A stretch of DNA of 64,000 nucleotides. Origin: an uncultured Bacillota bacterium. GTDB lineage: Bacteria; Bacillota_I; Bacilli_A; RFN20; CAG-288. Positions 55,914 to 64,000 of this stretch are shown here, in pieces. Both the position numbers and the translations under genes were made by a program. The notes below the pieces were generated by a model, which saw only the letters and a program-made list of their open reading frames with translations, was not told the origin of the DNA and did not search any database. Every line of letters begins with the position of its first letter. Position 1 is the first letter of the stretch. The DNA lies in contig CASDVP010000007.1 of NCBI GenBank assembly GCA_949284445.1, positions 19,107 through 83,106 on the forward strand. Reading direction: 5' to 3'.

Positions 55914-56657
55914 ATGGATATCTCTAGCAAAATCATCGCTCTCAGCGATATTGGTAAGAGAAGGAAAAATAATGAAGATGCTGCTTATGCAGCTTATTCC
56001 CAATATGGTGTTTTACTAGTTGTCGCTGATGGTATGGGCGGACATCGAAAGGGTGAAGTCGCCTCTAAATATGTCATCGATGAGTTATCGATCGAATTTG
56101 CGAGCAATCGTCATATTTTTTCGATCGCATCAGCTCGAAAATTTGTTCATCGTTGCTTAAAAAAGAGCAATCGTGAAATCTATAAGATGTCATTATCAGG
56201 TGAAGAGTATAAAGAGATGGGAACGACTGCAGTGGTCGCTTTAAAAGCCAAAAACGGCACCTATGTGATGTGTTTAGGCGATTCTCGCTGCTATACTTTC
56301 TCTAAGGAGACAGGTCTCACTAAGCAAACGATCGATCAGACTTATGTTGAATTATTGTTTGAAACAGGAAGGATCAATAAAGCTGAGATGCTCACCCATC
56401 CTCAAAAAAATCTTTTGATCAACGCTGTTGGTATCAATCCTGATCTTTCACAGATACAAGAAAAGATCATCGATAACGATTCTTATGACTTTTTGCTTCT
56501 TTGCTCTGATGGTCTTTATAATCTGGTCTCCGAAGAAGAGATCTCACGTGTTTTATCAGAAGATACAACGGTGCCAGAAAAAGCTGAAAAGCTGAAAAAT
56601 TTGGCTTTGGAACACGGTGGAAATGATAATATAGCTGTCGCTTTGTGGGAGAATTGA
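55914..56657 (+). CDS. PP2C-family Ser/Thr protein phosphatase (PrpC/Stp-like).
   Basis: RKNNEDA..., VADGMGGH and GGNDNIAVAL motifs. Confidence 0.85.
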   Translation: MDISSKIIALSDIGKRRKNNEDAAYAAYSQYGVLLVVADGMGGHRKGEVASKYVIDELSIEFASNRHIFSIASARKFVHRCLKKSNREIYKMSLSGEEYKEMGTTAVVALKAKNGTYVMCLGDSRCYTFSKETGLTKQTIDQTYVELLFETGRINKAEMLTHPQKNLLINAVGINPDLSQIQEKIIDNDSYDFLLLCSDGLYNLVSEEEISRVLSEDTTVPEKAEKLKNLALEHGGNDNIAVALWEN

Positions 56658-56658
56658 T

Positions 56659-57636
56659 ATGCCAGAAGAAAATCGAATGAATGAAATAATCGATGACCGC
56701 TATAAAGTCGAGAGCGCCTTAGGCAAAGGCGGCATGGCCATCGTTTATAAAGCACATGATCTCATCACTGATAAAGATGTCGCCGTCAAAATGATGAAAG
56801 ATGATACGGCTTCTGATAAAGTCAATCTTTCCCGTTTTGAACGTGAAGCTCGTGCAGCTGCTAGCTTGAATCATCAGAACATCGTCAAAGTGGTCAATGT
56901 CGGATCTTATAATGGTTTACCATATATGGTGAACGAGTTTGTTCAAGGTCAAACTTTGAAACAAGTGTTAGATGTCCGAGGTAAATTTTCCTTTCTAGAA
57001 GCTTGTGACATCATGTATCAGCTATGTTCAGCAGTGATCTATGCTCATCAGCACGGTGTCATTCATCGCGATATCAAGCCTATGAATATCTTTTTAACGA
57101 GAGATGGAACGATCAAATTAGGTGATTTCGGTATCGCAACTTTCCAGAATTCAACCCATGTTACCCGCTCTGATTTCGTCATCGGTTCAGTTCATTATAT
57201 GGCACCGGAAGTCGCACAATCCAATCCGGCTACTGAAAGAAGTGATATCTATTCTATGGGAATCACTTTCTTTGAACTCATCACTGGCCGTGTTCCGTTT
57301 GATGCTGAAAGCCCAGTTCAAGTAGCTGTCATGCAAGCTAAGGACAAGTTCCCTTCCATCAAGAAATTCAATCCTAAGACACCGGAATGCATCGAAGCTA
57401 TCATATATAAAGCTTGCCAAAAAGATCCGTTAGATAGATATTTTTCTGCTGAAGATATGCGCAAAGATATCGAGAGAATTTTAAGAAACACCTCTTTATT
57501 AAAAAAGAAAAGCAGTTTCTTTTATAACCTTTTGCATCCTCATTCACCTGATAATGAGGCAAGACGTGTTGAAAAGAGGCAAAAACGCGCTTTAAAAAAA
57601 GCTGCTAAAGCTGCTAAGAGTGATAAGAATGAGTGA
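56659..57636 (+). CDS. Hanks-type Ser/Thr protein kinase. Catalytic domain only; no TM segment or PASTA repeats.
   Basis: GKGGMAIVYKA...VAVK (Gly loop and Lys). HRDIKPMNIF. DFGIA. APE. 325 aa with a basic C-terminal tail. Confidence 0.85.
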   Translation: MPEENRMNEIIDDRYKVESALGKGGMAIVYKAHDLITDKDVAVKMMKDDTASDKVNLSRFEREARAAASLNHQNIVKVVNVGSYNGLPYMVNEFVQGQTLKQVLDVRGKFSFLEACDIMYQLCSAVIYAHQHGVIHRDIKPMNIFLTRDGTIKLGDFGIATFQNSTHVTRSDFVIGSVHYMAPEVAQSNPATERSDIYSMGITFFELITGRVPFDAESPVQVAVMQAKDKFPSIKKFNPKTPECIEAIIYKACQKDPLDRYFSAEDMRKDIERILRNTSLLKKKSSFFYNLLHPHSPDNEARRVEKRQKRALKKAAKAAKSDKNE

Positions 57637-58516
57637 TAAAATCGTCCTATCATCTGGCTCTTTAGGCTATGAGATATTCGATGTAGAAACCCGTGAGGTT
57701 TCTTTACATAGATCACGAGGAAATATTTCTTATAAAGGTTCTAACATCTTGATAGGAGATGAAGTCTTATTGGATAAAAGTGGTTTTATCTCTGGAATTG
57801 TTCCCCGAAAAAATGTTCTTCACCGTCCGAGGCTAGCTAACGCGGACTTTGTCTTTATCGTCATCTCACTAAAAAAACCTGATTTTTCATCATATCTATT
57901 AGATAAATTTCTAACCCTGATCAATTCTTCACATATCACTGTCAAGATCATAGTCACGAAAGTTGATTTAGCTTCTTCATCAGAATTTGAAAAGTTTAAA
58001 TCATATATGTTTTATTATGAAAGAATCGGTTATGATGTGTTTTATCTCGGTAAGAATGATGAATATGATTTTAATAAAGTGAAAGATGTGATCTCAGGTA
58101 AAAAAGTTGCCTTTGTCGGACAGACTGGTGTCGGTAAATCAACATTGCTTAATCGATTATACCCTGACTTCAATCGCAAAATTGATGAATTATATATCAA
58201 TTCTGGGCGTGGTAGACATACTACTAAAGAGGTTATTTTATTACCGCATAATGACGGGTTCCTTTTTGATACACCTGGATTTTCACAACTAGAATTAAAA
58301 GATTTTAAACCGATAGATCTCACGATTTATTATCCTGGCATCAAGGATTATTATGGTAAATGTCATTTTGCGGATTGTCTACATCTTCCTAACACTAAAG
58401 GTTGTCAGGTGCAGAAAGCGATTGAATCTGAGACGATTTCTGCTGAATCTTACAAAAATTACTGTAAAATATATGAAGAGGTGAAATTAAACGATATATG
58501 GAAAAAGAAACTTTGA
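57620..58516 (+). CDS. rsgA: Ribosome small-subunit-dependent GTPase A.
   Basis: Circularly permuted GTPase (G4 TKVDL, then G1 VGQTGVGKSTLLN, then G3 DTPGF). C-terminal Zn finger CHFADCLHLPNTKGC. Confidence 0.85.
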   Translation: MIRMSDKIVLSSGSLGYEIFDVETREVSLHRSRGNISYKGSNILIGDEVLLDKSGFISGIVPRKNVLHRPRLANADFVFIVISLKKPDFSSYLLDKFLTLINSSHITVKIIVTKVDLASSSEFEKFKSYMFYYERIGYDVFYLGKNDEYDFNKVKDVISGKKVAFVGQTGVGKSTLLNRLYPDFNRKIDELYINSGRGRHTTKEVILLPHNDGFLFDTPGFSQLELKDFKPIDLTIYYPGIKDYYGKCHFADCLHLPNTKGCQVQKAIESETISAESYKNYCKIYEEVKLNDIWKKKL

Positions 58517-59172
58517 TTTATCCATCGATCTTATCAGCGGATTTTTTACATCTATCTAAAGATTTTGCTTGCATGATAAAAGCTGGCATCAAAACTGTTC
58601 ATTTTGATGTGATGGATGGCTTGTTTGTCAAAGATATATCTTTTGGGGAGAAATTATTTAAAACGTTATATCAACGTTATCATCAAAAATTAAATTTCGA
58701 TATCCACCTGATGACTGAAGAACCATTTAGACATATCAGGCAGTTCTTAAAGCTTGGTGGCAGTGATTTCACTTTTCATTATGAGAATACTATCAACAAG
58801 TTAAGTGAATTGAAATCATTAAGAGATGAATATCCATATATCAAACTCGGTATCGCTATTTCACCTGATACGGATGTCTCCAGAATTTTAGGATTAGCCA
58901 ATAATTTTGATCAGATATTAGTCATGTCCGTTGTGCCAGGAGCTTCAGGTCAATCTTTTATTCCTGAATCAGTTGAAAAAATCAGGAGGTTAGCTAATTT
59001 TAGAAAAGACAATAATCTTTCATATCTCATCGGTGTTGATGGCGGAATCGATGATAAAACAGGCCCTCTTTGTTTAGAGACAGGCGCTGATTATTTAGTC
59101 ACAGGTTCTTACTTCTTTTCCTCTTCTGATAAAAAAGTTGCTTTAGAAAAAATAGTGAGGAAAGACGTATGA
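58498..59172 (+). CDS. rpe: Ribulose-phosphate 3-epimerase.
   Basis: PSILSADF...HFDVMDGLFV and VMSVVPGASGQSF motifs. Confidence 0.85.
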   Translation: MEKETLIYPSILSADFLHLSKDFACMIKAGIKTVHFDVMDGLFVKDISFGEKLFKTLYQRYHQKLNFDIHLMTEEPFRHIRQFLKLGGSDFTFHYENTINKLSELKSLRDEYPYIKLGIAISPDTDVSRILGLANNFDQILVMSVVPGASGQSFIPESVEKIRRLANFRKDNNLSYLIGVDGGIDDKTGPLCLETGADYLVTGSYFFSSSDKKVALEKIVRKDV

Positions 59173-59837
59173 ATTTTTCACAGATCGCTATTGGCTTATT
59201 TGTTTGTTCTCTAGCTTTCTTCATCGTATATGTCATCCTGATGGTCTATTTCAAGTCCTTGACTTTAAAAGGTCAAGATGTCAATTTTCGCAACTCTTAT
59301 CCATATGAGATATATTCAAAATTAAGCATTCCTAATCGAATTTTGCTATATGGATCATTATTTCTCAACGGTATTTTAGGCGCTTTAGGTCTATCCTTTT
59401 CGTTTATGAGCCTGAATTCAAATTATTCTTTTATCATCGGTGTCGTTTATTCGGTTAGTTTTATTTGTTTGATCGCTTCTAATGTGTTGTCTTTGAACTT
59501 TTATAAGAGTCATTTATTGACTTCTTTATGTGGAATTTTAGGATTTGCTTTTGCGTCTATTCTCTGCTGCTTTATAACTGTTATCCCTGAAGCTTTAGGT
59601 CCTGAAAAGACTTTTTACTTACCGATATGTATCATTATTGGTGTCTTAGGATTTTTAGTATTGTTCTCGTGTTTTAATCCTAAACTGTTATCTTGGGCTA
59701 AGATGGATAAAGCTGAAGAAAATGGTAAGACGATTTTCTTGAAACCAAAAGTCAATTATTTGGCTCTTTATGAATGGCTGGTCTATATTTTTTATAACGT
59801 TATTTCCTTGATAATCTTCATCTCTCTTTTCTTCTAA
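59169..59837 (+). CDS. Polytopic membrane protein, hypothetical.
   Basis: 222 aa with about 6 TM segments. ATGA overlap with rpe. Confidence 0.45.
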   Translation: MNFSQIAIGLFVCSLAFFIVYVILMVYFKSLTLKGQDVNFRNSYPYEIYSKLSIPNRILLYGSLFLNGILGALGLSFSFMSLNSNYSFIIGVVYSVSFICLIASNVLSLNFYKSHLLTSLCGILGFAFASILCCFITVIPEALGPEKTFYLPICIIIGVLGFLVLFSCFNPKLLSWAKMDKAEENGKTIFLKPKVNYLALYEWLVYIFYNVISLIIFISLFF

Positions 59838-59867
59838 GACAGATCTGAAATTTAAGAGGTATGCTCT

Positions 59868-60110
59868 ATGGTTGGACTAGCTGATGCTGATTTTGTTTTT
59901 CAAAAAAAGCTCTTATATCTGTTTGCATTGATCGATAGGATTTATATATATGATATAACCAATAATTTTTCGCATCTATTTCAAAACGATTATCGGATTT
60001 TAGAGTATTTACTATTTATTTCCATCGAAAAAAAGTTAGAAGAGTTTAATCAAATCTACGCTTATTGCACTCACAAAACTGATCTGTTATTAAAAGAATG
60101 CGATTTGTAG
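59868..60110 (+). CDS. Small hypothetical protein.
   Basis: 80-aa ORF with AAGAGG 7 nt upstream. No homology recognised. Confidence 0.3.
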   Translation: MVGLADADFVFQKKLLYLFALIDRIYIYDITNNFSHLFQNDYRILEYLLFISIEKKLEEFNQIYAYCTHKTDLLLKECDL

Positions 60111-60120
60111 GTTTTTAATC

Positions 60121-60768
60121 ATGGCTTTTGATCAGTTATCTAAAAAGTTATCAGATAAAGAAGTGCTTGTCTTTTTAGATTTAGAGGGGACACAATTTTC
60201 ACATGATCCTATCGAGATCGGATTAGTGACTTATCAAAAAAAAGATAATCTCTTTATTGAAGAAAAACTGTTCACTTATCAATCATATATCAAGGCTAAA
60301 GATAAGATAGGAAAAGTGGTCTCTAATCTCACAGGCATCACCAAAGATTTACTTTTAGAGAAAGGCAAGACTAAACAGACGGTTCTAAAAGAGATCATCA
60401 ATCTTTTAAGGCCATATTCTAAGAAAAATTTTATCGCATATGGTGAACAAGATTTGAAAATGTTAAAGCATTTCATCACCGATGAAAGTTTCACATCTGA
60501 TTACATCAATCATATCGCTAAGAATTATTTTGATTTTCATCTCTACTTAGCATCGCTGATCTCTGATAACAAAAGCAAATCACCATCTCTATCGAAACTT
60601 GCGGAGTTATTTGAAGTATCTAATTCTAACGCTCATGAATCTTTATCAGATGCTCAAGTATTAGCTGATATTTACCAAGAATTTATCAAGGATGAAGAGA
60701 ATACTGTCGCTATTCTAAAATCATTTTATCCCGATGTCGATGAAGAAAGGATGAGAAAATTGTTATGA
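60121..60768 (+). CDS. DnaQ-like (DEDDh) 3'-5' exonuclease.
   Basis: Exo I LVFLDLEGTQ (D.E). Exo III HESLSDAQVLADIY (H-x4-D). Confidence 0.65.
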   Translation: MAFDQLSKKLSDKEVLVFLDLEGTQFSHDPIEIGLVTYQKKDNLFIEEKLFTYQSYIKAKDKIGKVVSNLTGITKDLLLEKGKTKQTVLKEIINLLRPYSKKNFIAYGEQDLKMLKHFITDESFTSDYINHIAKNYFDFHLYLASLISDNKSKSPSLSKLAELFEVSNSNAHESLSDAQVLADIYQEFIKDEENTVAILKSFYPDVDEERMRKLL

Positions 60769-61394
60769 GAATCATTAATTATCCTGATGGTCGAAAAGCA
60801 GTTGTCAAAAAGGAAAAGCCTTCAAAAGTTGACCGTCGATTGACTGAAAACAAAACCGAATCTGAACGGATCAGAGATAGTATGATCAAAAGAAACATGG
60901 GCATGGCATTTGAGTCCGATGTTTCTAAAAGCTGCGATTTTTATCGTGAAAAAGGACTGGCTGATATTTATAAAAGACCGACGCCTATCAAAGTTGTCAA
61001 AATGAGTAAAACTAAAAAAGGAATGATTGAAGAAGCATATTTCCAAGAGAAATCCACCACTGATTATGTCGGTATTTATAAGGGAAAATATATCGATTTT
61101 GAATGTAAAGAGACCATTCATGATGAAGTTCCTTATCATATGATCAGAGAACAACAATTTCGTCATTTGGAACTCATCACCAAATTAGGTGGGATCGGTT
61201 TCTTTTTGGTTTCATTTAAAAAAGTTCAAGAAGTTTATCTGATGCCAGCGACTATCATTCTAGAAGAGATCAAATTGAAAAAGCATCCCGGTTTTAAAAG
61301 ACAATTCTTTCAAGAGCACGGTGTTTTAGTCAAACGATCTTATTTACCGCCTTACTTGCTTTTAGAGGCGATAGATGAAGCTTTCTTCAATTAG
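60765..61394 (+). CDS. recU: Holliday junction resolvase RecU.
   Basis: YKRPTPIKVVKMSK...AYFQEKSTTDYVGIYKGKYIDFECKET matches the RecU catalytic core. Confidence 0.8.
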   Translation: MRIINYPDGRKAVVKKEKPSKVDRRLTENKTESERIRDSMIKRNMGMAFESDVSKSCDFYREKGLADIYKRPTPIKVVKMSKTKKGMIEEAYFQEKSTTDYVGIYKGKYIDFECKETIHDEVPYHMIREQQFRHLELITKLGGIGFFLVSFKKVQEVYLMPATIILEEIKLKKHPGFKRQFFQEHGVLVKRSYLPPYLLLEAIDEAFFN

Positions 61395-61827
61395 CTTTTT
61401 CTTCTGGTAATCTTAAAAAGTATTTATCTTCGACCTTGATGACTTTAACTTCTTTGACATCGCTATCCAAGGTGAAAAGAGTTCCTTGTCTGGTGTAAAT
61501 ATTTTCTTTACCGTCTTCAACAGTTTTGACTGTGACATTGATGCTTTCATCGTGATCGACTTTGGTCACATAAAAGTAATGGTCTTTCTTTTCATCAACG
61601 ATCATAGAACCATATGGTGCATCGACTATACCGTAAACTAGAAGGGTGTTATTTTCTAAATCTAATTTACCATGCATCAGTTTACCATCGAATAAGTCAT
61701 TTCCGGTGTAGAGATAGAAAGAATCATTAGCTTTATTAAAAGCAATTTCTAATGAATTCTCTAGAACAACTGAATTGAATTTCTTCTTAAATTTGTTTAA
61801 AAATCCGTCTTTCTTTTCTTCAGCCAT
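61387..61827 (-). CDS. Hypothetical protein.
   Basis: 146 aa, immediately downstream of the nuclease gene; no motif recognised. Confidence 0.4.
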   Translation of the reverse strand: MAEEKKDGFLNKFKKKFNSVVLENSLEIAFNKANDSFYLYTGNDLFDGKLMHGKLDLENNTLLVYGIVDAPYGSMIVDEKKDHYFYVTKVDHDESINVTVKTVEDGKENIYTRQGTLFTLDSDVKEVKVIKVEDKYFLRLPEEKAN

Positions 61828-63551
61828 TATCGTTTCCTCCTCTTGTTATACGCTCTACTACTAGCTTTTTTAGAACCTTTTTTATTCACGTGATGAACGA
61901 TGAAAATTATCGCTAGAATGACTAAAACAAGCAACACCGCAGCGATGATGATTATCAAAAGATATTTTTGTCTTTGGTTCAGTTCGATCGTCAATTTGAC
62001 GGTGGTTAGAACCTCGCTTTGCCCATCACTTTTTGTAAGTGAGATTTGAAGATTACATGTTCCAGGCTTTTTCCCGTGAATGATAAGTTCATCATCGATA
62101 GTTGCGATATCTTCATCATCGATGGAATAGGTGATTTTTTCATCAGGGAACAGATTGAGAAAGCTTAGCGATGGGAATTGATAAGTCTCGTCTGCAAACA
62201 TTCGAATCTCAGTGAAATCTAATCCGTTGATAGTGACTTTATCCTGAACAGTGATGGTTGTTGATACCGATTTAGTGCTGCCGTTATTACTATATTCGAT
62301 TGTTAAATCGGTAACTCCTGTTTTCAATGGAGTTATAGTTAAGTTAGTTTTATCTATCTCAATGATTTCTTCATCATAAGTCAGTTTGACATCACTGAAT
62401 TCAGAGAGATTGACATCTAATTGAAGAACATCGCCGATATGAAGATTATAATTTTGGTCTAATTCTATATCTGGAACAGTCAGTGAATAATTTTCATCAA
62501 AGACTCTTCTCACCCATTCAGGATGATCAACATAAGGATTTCGATTTCTTTGAACATTTTTATAGATGAGATTATTGCGGTGATATTCATATTCGTCTAC
62601 CGGATCTAAATCATTCCATTCTAATAATGTCGATAAATTGTGATGAACACCATAATATTTGCTATTATCATCCTCTAATGTGTCATCATCAGTCACGACT
62701 AGATAAGGTTCAGTTTTACTGTTTTGACCGGTGTTTTTACCATATCTAGTAGCCATATAGAAGATCGCCCTTGCGATATCACCTTTGTATTCATCTAATG
62801 GTTCAAAAACCATCTCACCGTCGATGTCATAGCCTTTATAACCAGATAAATCAGTGGTTCCATCTGCTAAATAACATTCGACTTCATCAGTATCTGGATC
62901 ATTTAAATCATAAACTTCACCATAATATAAATTATTATGGATGTTGTTAGTTCTATGATCAGCTGCTATCAAATGATGTAAATCAGTTCCTGCACCTTTG
63001 ATCGGATCACCATCAAAGCCATGACTTTTAGCCCAAACATGTTCTCTATCTACTTGAATCGTGCCATTCGGTTTTTCTCTTGCATCATAGTCGATATGGT
63101 CTAATGACGAATTGACTGAATAGCCGTTTACGGTGTTGTTATAAGCAGTTTCTTTGCTATCATTACCAGTCGAATATAAAAGTCTCAGATAATAGTCATC
63201 ATCAGCTTCAGATGCAAAAGTAAAAGTCTCTGGGCTTATCTCGTTTGATAATTCCCAGTTTCTATCTGTGATCTGATAGTATTTACTGACACCACTGCTA
63301 GTTCCTGAACCATAACTCAAGAAATAATTGTTTTTGCTTATCACATCATAGAGATAATATTTGAGTTCATCGCCGGTTAAATCTTGAATATCGCCATAAT
63401 ATTCATCGACTTCTTCGGTTGTGGAATCAGTGAAATCCATCATCAAAGATGAATCATAAGCACGACCATCAAAACTAGCTTTAGGTGCTTGTTTGATGCT
63501 TAATGGTGAAATCAAACTTGTGATAAAGATTGTTAAAAATAACTTTGTCAT
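61827..63551 (-). CDS. Membrane-anchored extracellular nuclease (Endonuclease I / EndA-like domain) with Ig-like domains and a C-terminal TM anchor.
   Basis: N-terminal signal peptide. The core DREHVWAKSHGF...GTDLHHLIAADHRTNNIHNNLYYGEV resembles an Endonuclease_1 fold. Beta-rich Ig-like repeats follow. C-terminal TM (LLIIIIAAVLLVLVILAIIFIV) with a KR tail. Confidence 0.6.
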   Translation of the reverse strand: MTKLFLTIFITSLISPLSIKQAPKASFDGRAYDSSLMMDFTDSTTEEVDEYYGDIQDLTGDELKYYLYDVISKNNYFLSYGSGTSSGVSKYYQITDRNWELSNEISPETFTFASEADDDYYLRLLYSTGNDSKETAYNNTVNGYSVNSSLDHIDYDAREKPNGTIQVDREHVWAKSHGFDGDPIKGAGTDLHHLIAADHRTNNIHNNLYYGEVYDLNDPDTDEVECYLADGTTDLSGYKGYDIDGEMVFEPLDEYKGDIARAIFYMATRYGKNTGQNSKTEPYLVVTDDDTLEDDNSKYYGVHHNLSTLLEWNDLDPVDEYEYHRNNLIYKNVQRNRNPYVDHPEWVRRVFDENYSLTVPDIELDQNYNLHIGDVLQLDVNLSEFSDVKLTYDEEIIEIDKTNLTITPLKTGVTDLTIEYSNNGSTKSVSTTITVQDKVTINGLDFTEIRMFADETYQFPSLSFLNLFPDEKITYSIDDEDIATIDDELIIHGKKPGTCNLQISLTKSDGQSEVLTTVKLTIELNQRQKYLLIIIIAAVLLVLVILAIIFIVHHVNKKGSKKASSRAYNKRRKR

Positions 63552-63607
63552 ATCTATATATTAACATTTACAAACTCAAACAAGTCAAAAAATCTATTCA
63601 AAGAAGA

Positions 63608-63640
63608 AAAGACCCAATCGCTCCTGATTGGGTCTTTAAG
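63608..63640. terminator. Bidirectional rho-independent terminator.
   Basis: AAGACCCAAT-cgctcctg-ATTGGGTCTT hairpin flanked by A and T runs, downstream of the 63645.. minus-strand gene. Confidence 0.6.
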
Positions 63641-63644
63641 ACAA

Positions 63645-64000
63645 CTATTCTTTATGATTGATGATATCTTCTAATTCTTTGATCCTCTTATCCTTCTCTT
63701 CGAGCTCTTGTTTGAGCTTTGCAATCTCTTGCTTTTTAGTGCTCGGTTTATGCAAGAATGCGAAGAAATTATTCTTTTTTTCCTCTTTATCTGGTTGGAC
63801 CGTTCCATCGGCTAAGACTTTCTTTTTTCTATCTGGTAAGAAGAAATAAATGATCGAGAAGATGAACACACCGAATATGATAACATTGATCACTACTACG
63901 ACAGGCACCCACCAGTTGAAGCCTTTCTTAATAGGTTTAGGATTGGTGATGGTCACCGTGAATTCATTGGAATCAGTATTGGTTTTTGCTTGGTAGTATG
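63645..64000 (-). CDS. Membrane-anchored coiled-coil protein, 5'-truncated by the window edge.
   Basis: The ORF stays open to nt 64000 (...YYQAKTNTDSNEFTV TITNPKPIKKGFNWWVPVVVVINVIIFGVFIF...), so the track start at 63956 is not the true start. It has a TM helix, then a K/E-rich coiled coil. Confidence 0.5.
   Translation of the reverse strand, partial: YYQAKTNTDSNEFTVTITNPKPIKKGFNWWVPVVVVINVIIFGVFIFSIIYFFLPDRKKKVLADGTVQPDKEEKKNNFFAFLHKPSTKKQEIAKLKQELEEKDKRIKELEDIINHKE

Overview
This is a low-GC window from a bacterium that reads TGA as a stop codon. It encodes a PolC-type replicase and many lipoproteins with Cys lipoboxes. Its PrkC-like kinase lacks PASTA and transmembrane segments. Together these suggest, by inference, an Acholeplasma-like wall-less Mollicute or a close Firmicute relative.

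The conserved core is a Bacillus-like rpsB-tsf-pyrH-frr-uppS-cdsA-dxr-rseP block at 15.1-22.8 kb, followed by a small heat-shock gene under tandem CIRCE operators at 24.6-25.2 kb and polC at 25.4-29.7 kb. A second conserved block at 52.8-61.4 kb runs rpmF, rsmB-like, rlmN, PP2C phosphatase, PrkC-like kinase, rsgA, rpe, a DnaQ-like exonuclease and recU, then a surface nuclease.

The accessory content is dominated by glycan utilisation. There is a malto-oligosaccharide locus at 30.4-41.4 kb: GH77 MalQ, a lipoprotein substrate-binding protein, two permeases, a GH13 lipoprotein and an unusually long 845-aa MalK-like ATPase. Three paralogous glycoside hydrolase family 3 (GH3) enzymes are each predicted to be membrane-anchored at both termini, each has a circularly permuted domain order, and each sits next to a surface lipoprotein (1-2247, 41.6-45.8 kb, 48.5-52.5 kb). 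These GH3-lipoprotein pairs look like a repeated cell-surface glycan-degrading module and are my best candidate for an undescribed system.

Other points worth a second look:
- A homopolymeric G tract sits right after the lipobox Cys of two lipoprotein genes. In one it separates the signal peptide from the mature protein in a different frame, which makes that gene a phase-variation candidate.
- A 5.9-14.9 kb island next to a tRNA carries an HTH-fused APH-like kinase coupled to a MOP/MATE transporter, two tandem orphan AAA+ ATPases (one flanked by palindromic repeats) and a secreted permuted papain-fold amidase.
- A decayed region replaces proS between rseP and polC. It holds a DUF4177 small ORF and a frameshifted AlbA_2/HTH gene fragment.
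- The RsmB homolog has lost its SAM-binding loop and both catalytic cysteines.

My coordinates may be off by 1 nt in places, and homopolymer lengths are hard to count by eye.
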